44,459 nucleotides of DNA. Source: a virus (taxonomy: Duplodnaviria; Caudoviricetes). The notes under the pieces are model-generated. The model was not told the origin of the DNA and searched no databases. It was given only the letters and a program-made list of their open reading frames with translations. How positions within the stretch are numbered: position 1 is the stretch's first letter; the number at the start of each line of letters is the position of its first letter. The DNA lies in IMG/VR virus record IMGVR_UViG_3300024254_000014, positions 1-44,459 of that record, one strand, 5' to 3'. This document shows, in pieces, positions 43,583 to 44,459 of the stretch. The translations under genes and the position numbers were made by a program.

Positions 43583-44356
43583 ATGGCCGATGACGACACC
43601 CCGCAAGATGACGAACTTGATTTGACGGATGACGAGCTTGACACTGATCCTGCCGGCCAACCTGATGCAGAAGATGACGACGCGGCTGGCGGGGCCGATG
43701 AAAATGATGATGCTGATGATGAACCGGAGCTGGAAGACGCTTCAGGTTCTCAGGAGCCTCCTGCACCACGGCAACCGGCTTCTCGTGCGGGCCGTACCGT
43801 TGCCGCTCTTCGCGCCGACCGGCGCCGGCAGAACGAAGAACTCGCCGCCCTTCGCCGGGAGATGGCAGAGCTTCGACAGACCCGCCAGCAAGCCCCAGTC
43901 CAGCAGGAAGACCCTCGTGTGGAGCAAGAGCGCTTGGCGCTCATGTCTCCCGAGGAGCGCATGGAGTACCGACTTGCTCGGTCTTTACAAGCGCACCAGC
44001 AGCAGACTTCTGCGATGGTTTTTAATATGCAGACTGCGCAGGACAAGGCAGCGTGGGACGCTAGAACTGCCGGTGACAAGCTGCGATCGAAGCTCGCTGC
44101 GGACGTGGAGCGCGAGTACCAAGCCTGCATCGCTCGCGGTCAGTATCTACCCCGAGAAAACATTTACATCTATCTTGTCGGGCAGCGGTTCATTGCCAAT
44201 CGGGGCAAGGGGGATGGCAAGGCAGCTCGCCGGGTGGAGCGTGAGCGCGTTCGCCCTGCAAGCGGGCGTGGCGATGTGGCGCAGGAGCGCCGGGCGTCTC
44301 GCGGCAATGGTACAACGGCGGATTTCGAGCGCCGCCATGGAGACATGCAAATCTGA
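43583..44356 (+). CDS. Capsid scaffolding protein
   Basis: Very acidic N-terminus, coiled coil, basic C-terminus; directly upstream of capsid; SD GGAG. Confidence 0.8.
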   Translation: MADDDTPQDDELDLTDDELDTDPAGQPDAEDDDAAGGADENDDADDEPELEDASGSQEPPAPRQPASRAGRTVAALRADRRRQNEELAALRREMAELRQTRQQAPVQQEDPRVEQERLALMSPEERMEYRLARSLQAHQQQTSAMVFNMQTAQDKAAWDARTAGDKLRSKLAADVEREYQACIARGQYLPRENIYIYLVGQRFIANRGKGDGKAARRVERERVRPASGRGDVAQERRASRGNGTTADFERRHGDMQI

Positions 44357-44459
44357 AGCGGTGAAAGTTCACCGCTTTAACTTCGGAGAGCGGTGATGCC
44401 AACCAATGTTGCTTCTCAATTTTCTGGCGATATAAGCCAGTATATTGCAGACAAGACGC
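44174..44459. repeat. Terminal overlap, copy 2
   Basis: Matches 1-286 with 8 substitutions. Confidence 0.97.
44396..44459 (+). CDS. 5' fragment of the major capsid gene (duplicate)
   Basis: MPTNVASQFSGDISQYIADKT. Confidence 0.85.
   Translation, partial: MPTNVASQFSGDISQYIADKT

Noticed and set aside
44174-44459. True direct terminal repeat or DGR template/variable repeat pair
   Set aside because: It cuts through genes at contig ends; differences are mostly synonymous and not adenine-specific; no reverse transcriptase is present

Overview
The window is an apparently complete ~44.17-kb genome of a tailed dsDNA phage with podovirus-type organisation, linearised inside the scaffold gene. Positions 1-286 recur at 44174-44459 with 8 substitutions. 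The + strand arm (33872-44459 joined to 1-18136) carries KTSC, an Acb2/Tad1-like protein, terminase large subunit, a short C5-methyltransferase-like gene, portal, a fibre/tailspike cassette, scaffold, N4-gp56-type major capsid, adaptor and nozzle, two fibres, a GNAT, three ejection proteins, small membrane proteins and a PurD-like ATP-grasp ligase. The - strand arm (18078-33807) carries small early genes, an XRE regulator, family A DNA polymerase, PD-(D/E)XK and VRR-NUC nucleases, an SNF2 helicase, an SSB-like protein and a primase-polymerase/helicase. I recognised no integrase, endolysin, small terminase, tRNA or CRISPR array. Most striking: (1) four fibre/appendage-type proteins begin with Sec-type signal peptides and have even cysteine counts, suggesting periplasmic folding of virion parts, in a genome with no visible endolysin; (2) a HiPIP-like 4-Cys domain is fused to the portal N-terminus; (3) a circularly permuted FN3 gene with two starts could polymerise by donor-strand complementation; (4) a ~175-nt multi-stem, pseudoknotted intergenic RNA candidate lies in the head-gene region. 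All product calls come from motif recognition by eye; no database searches were run.
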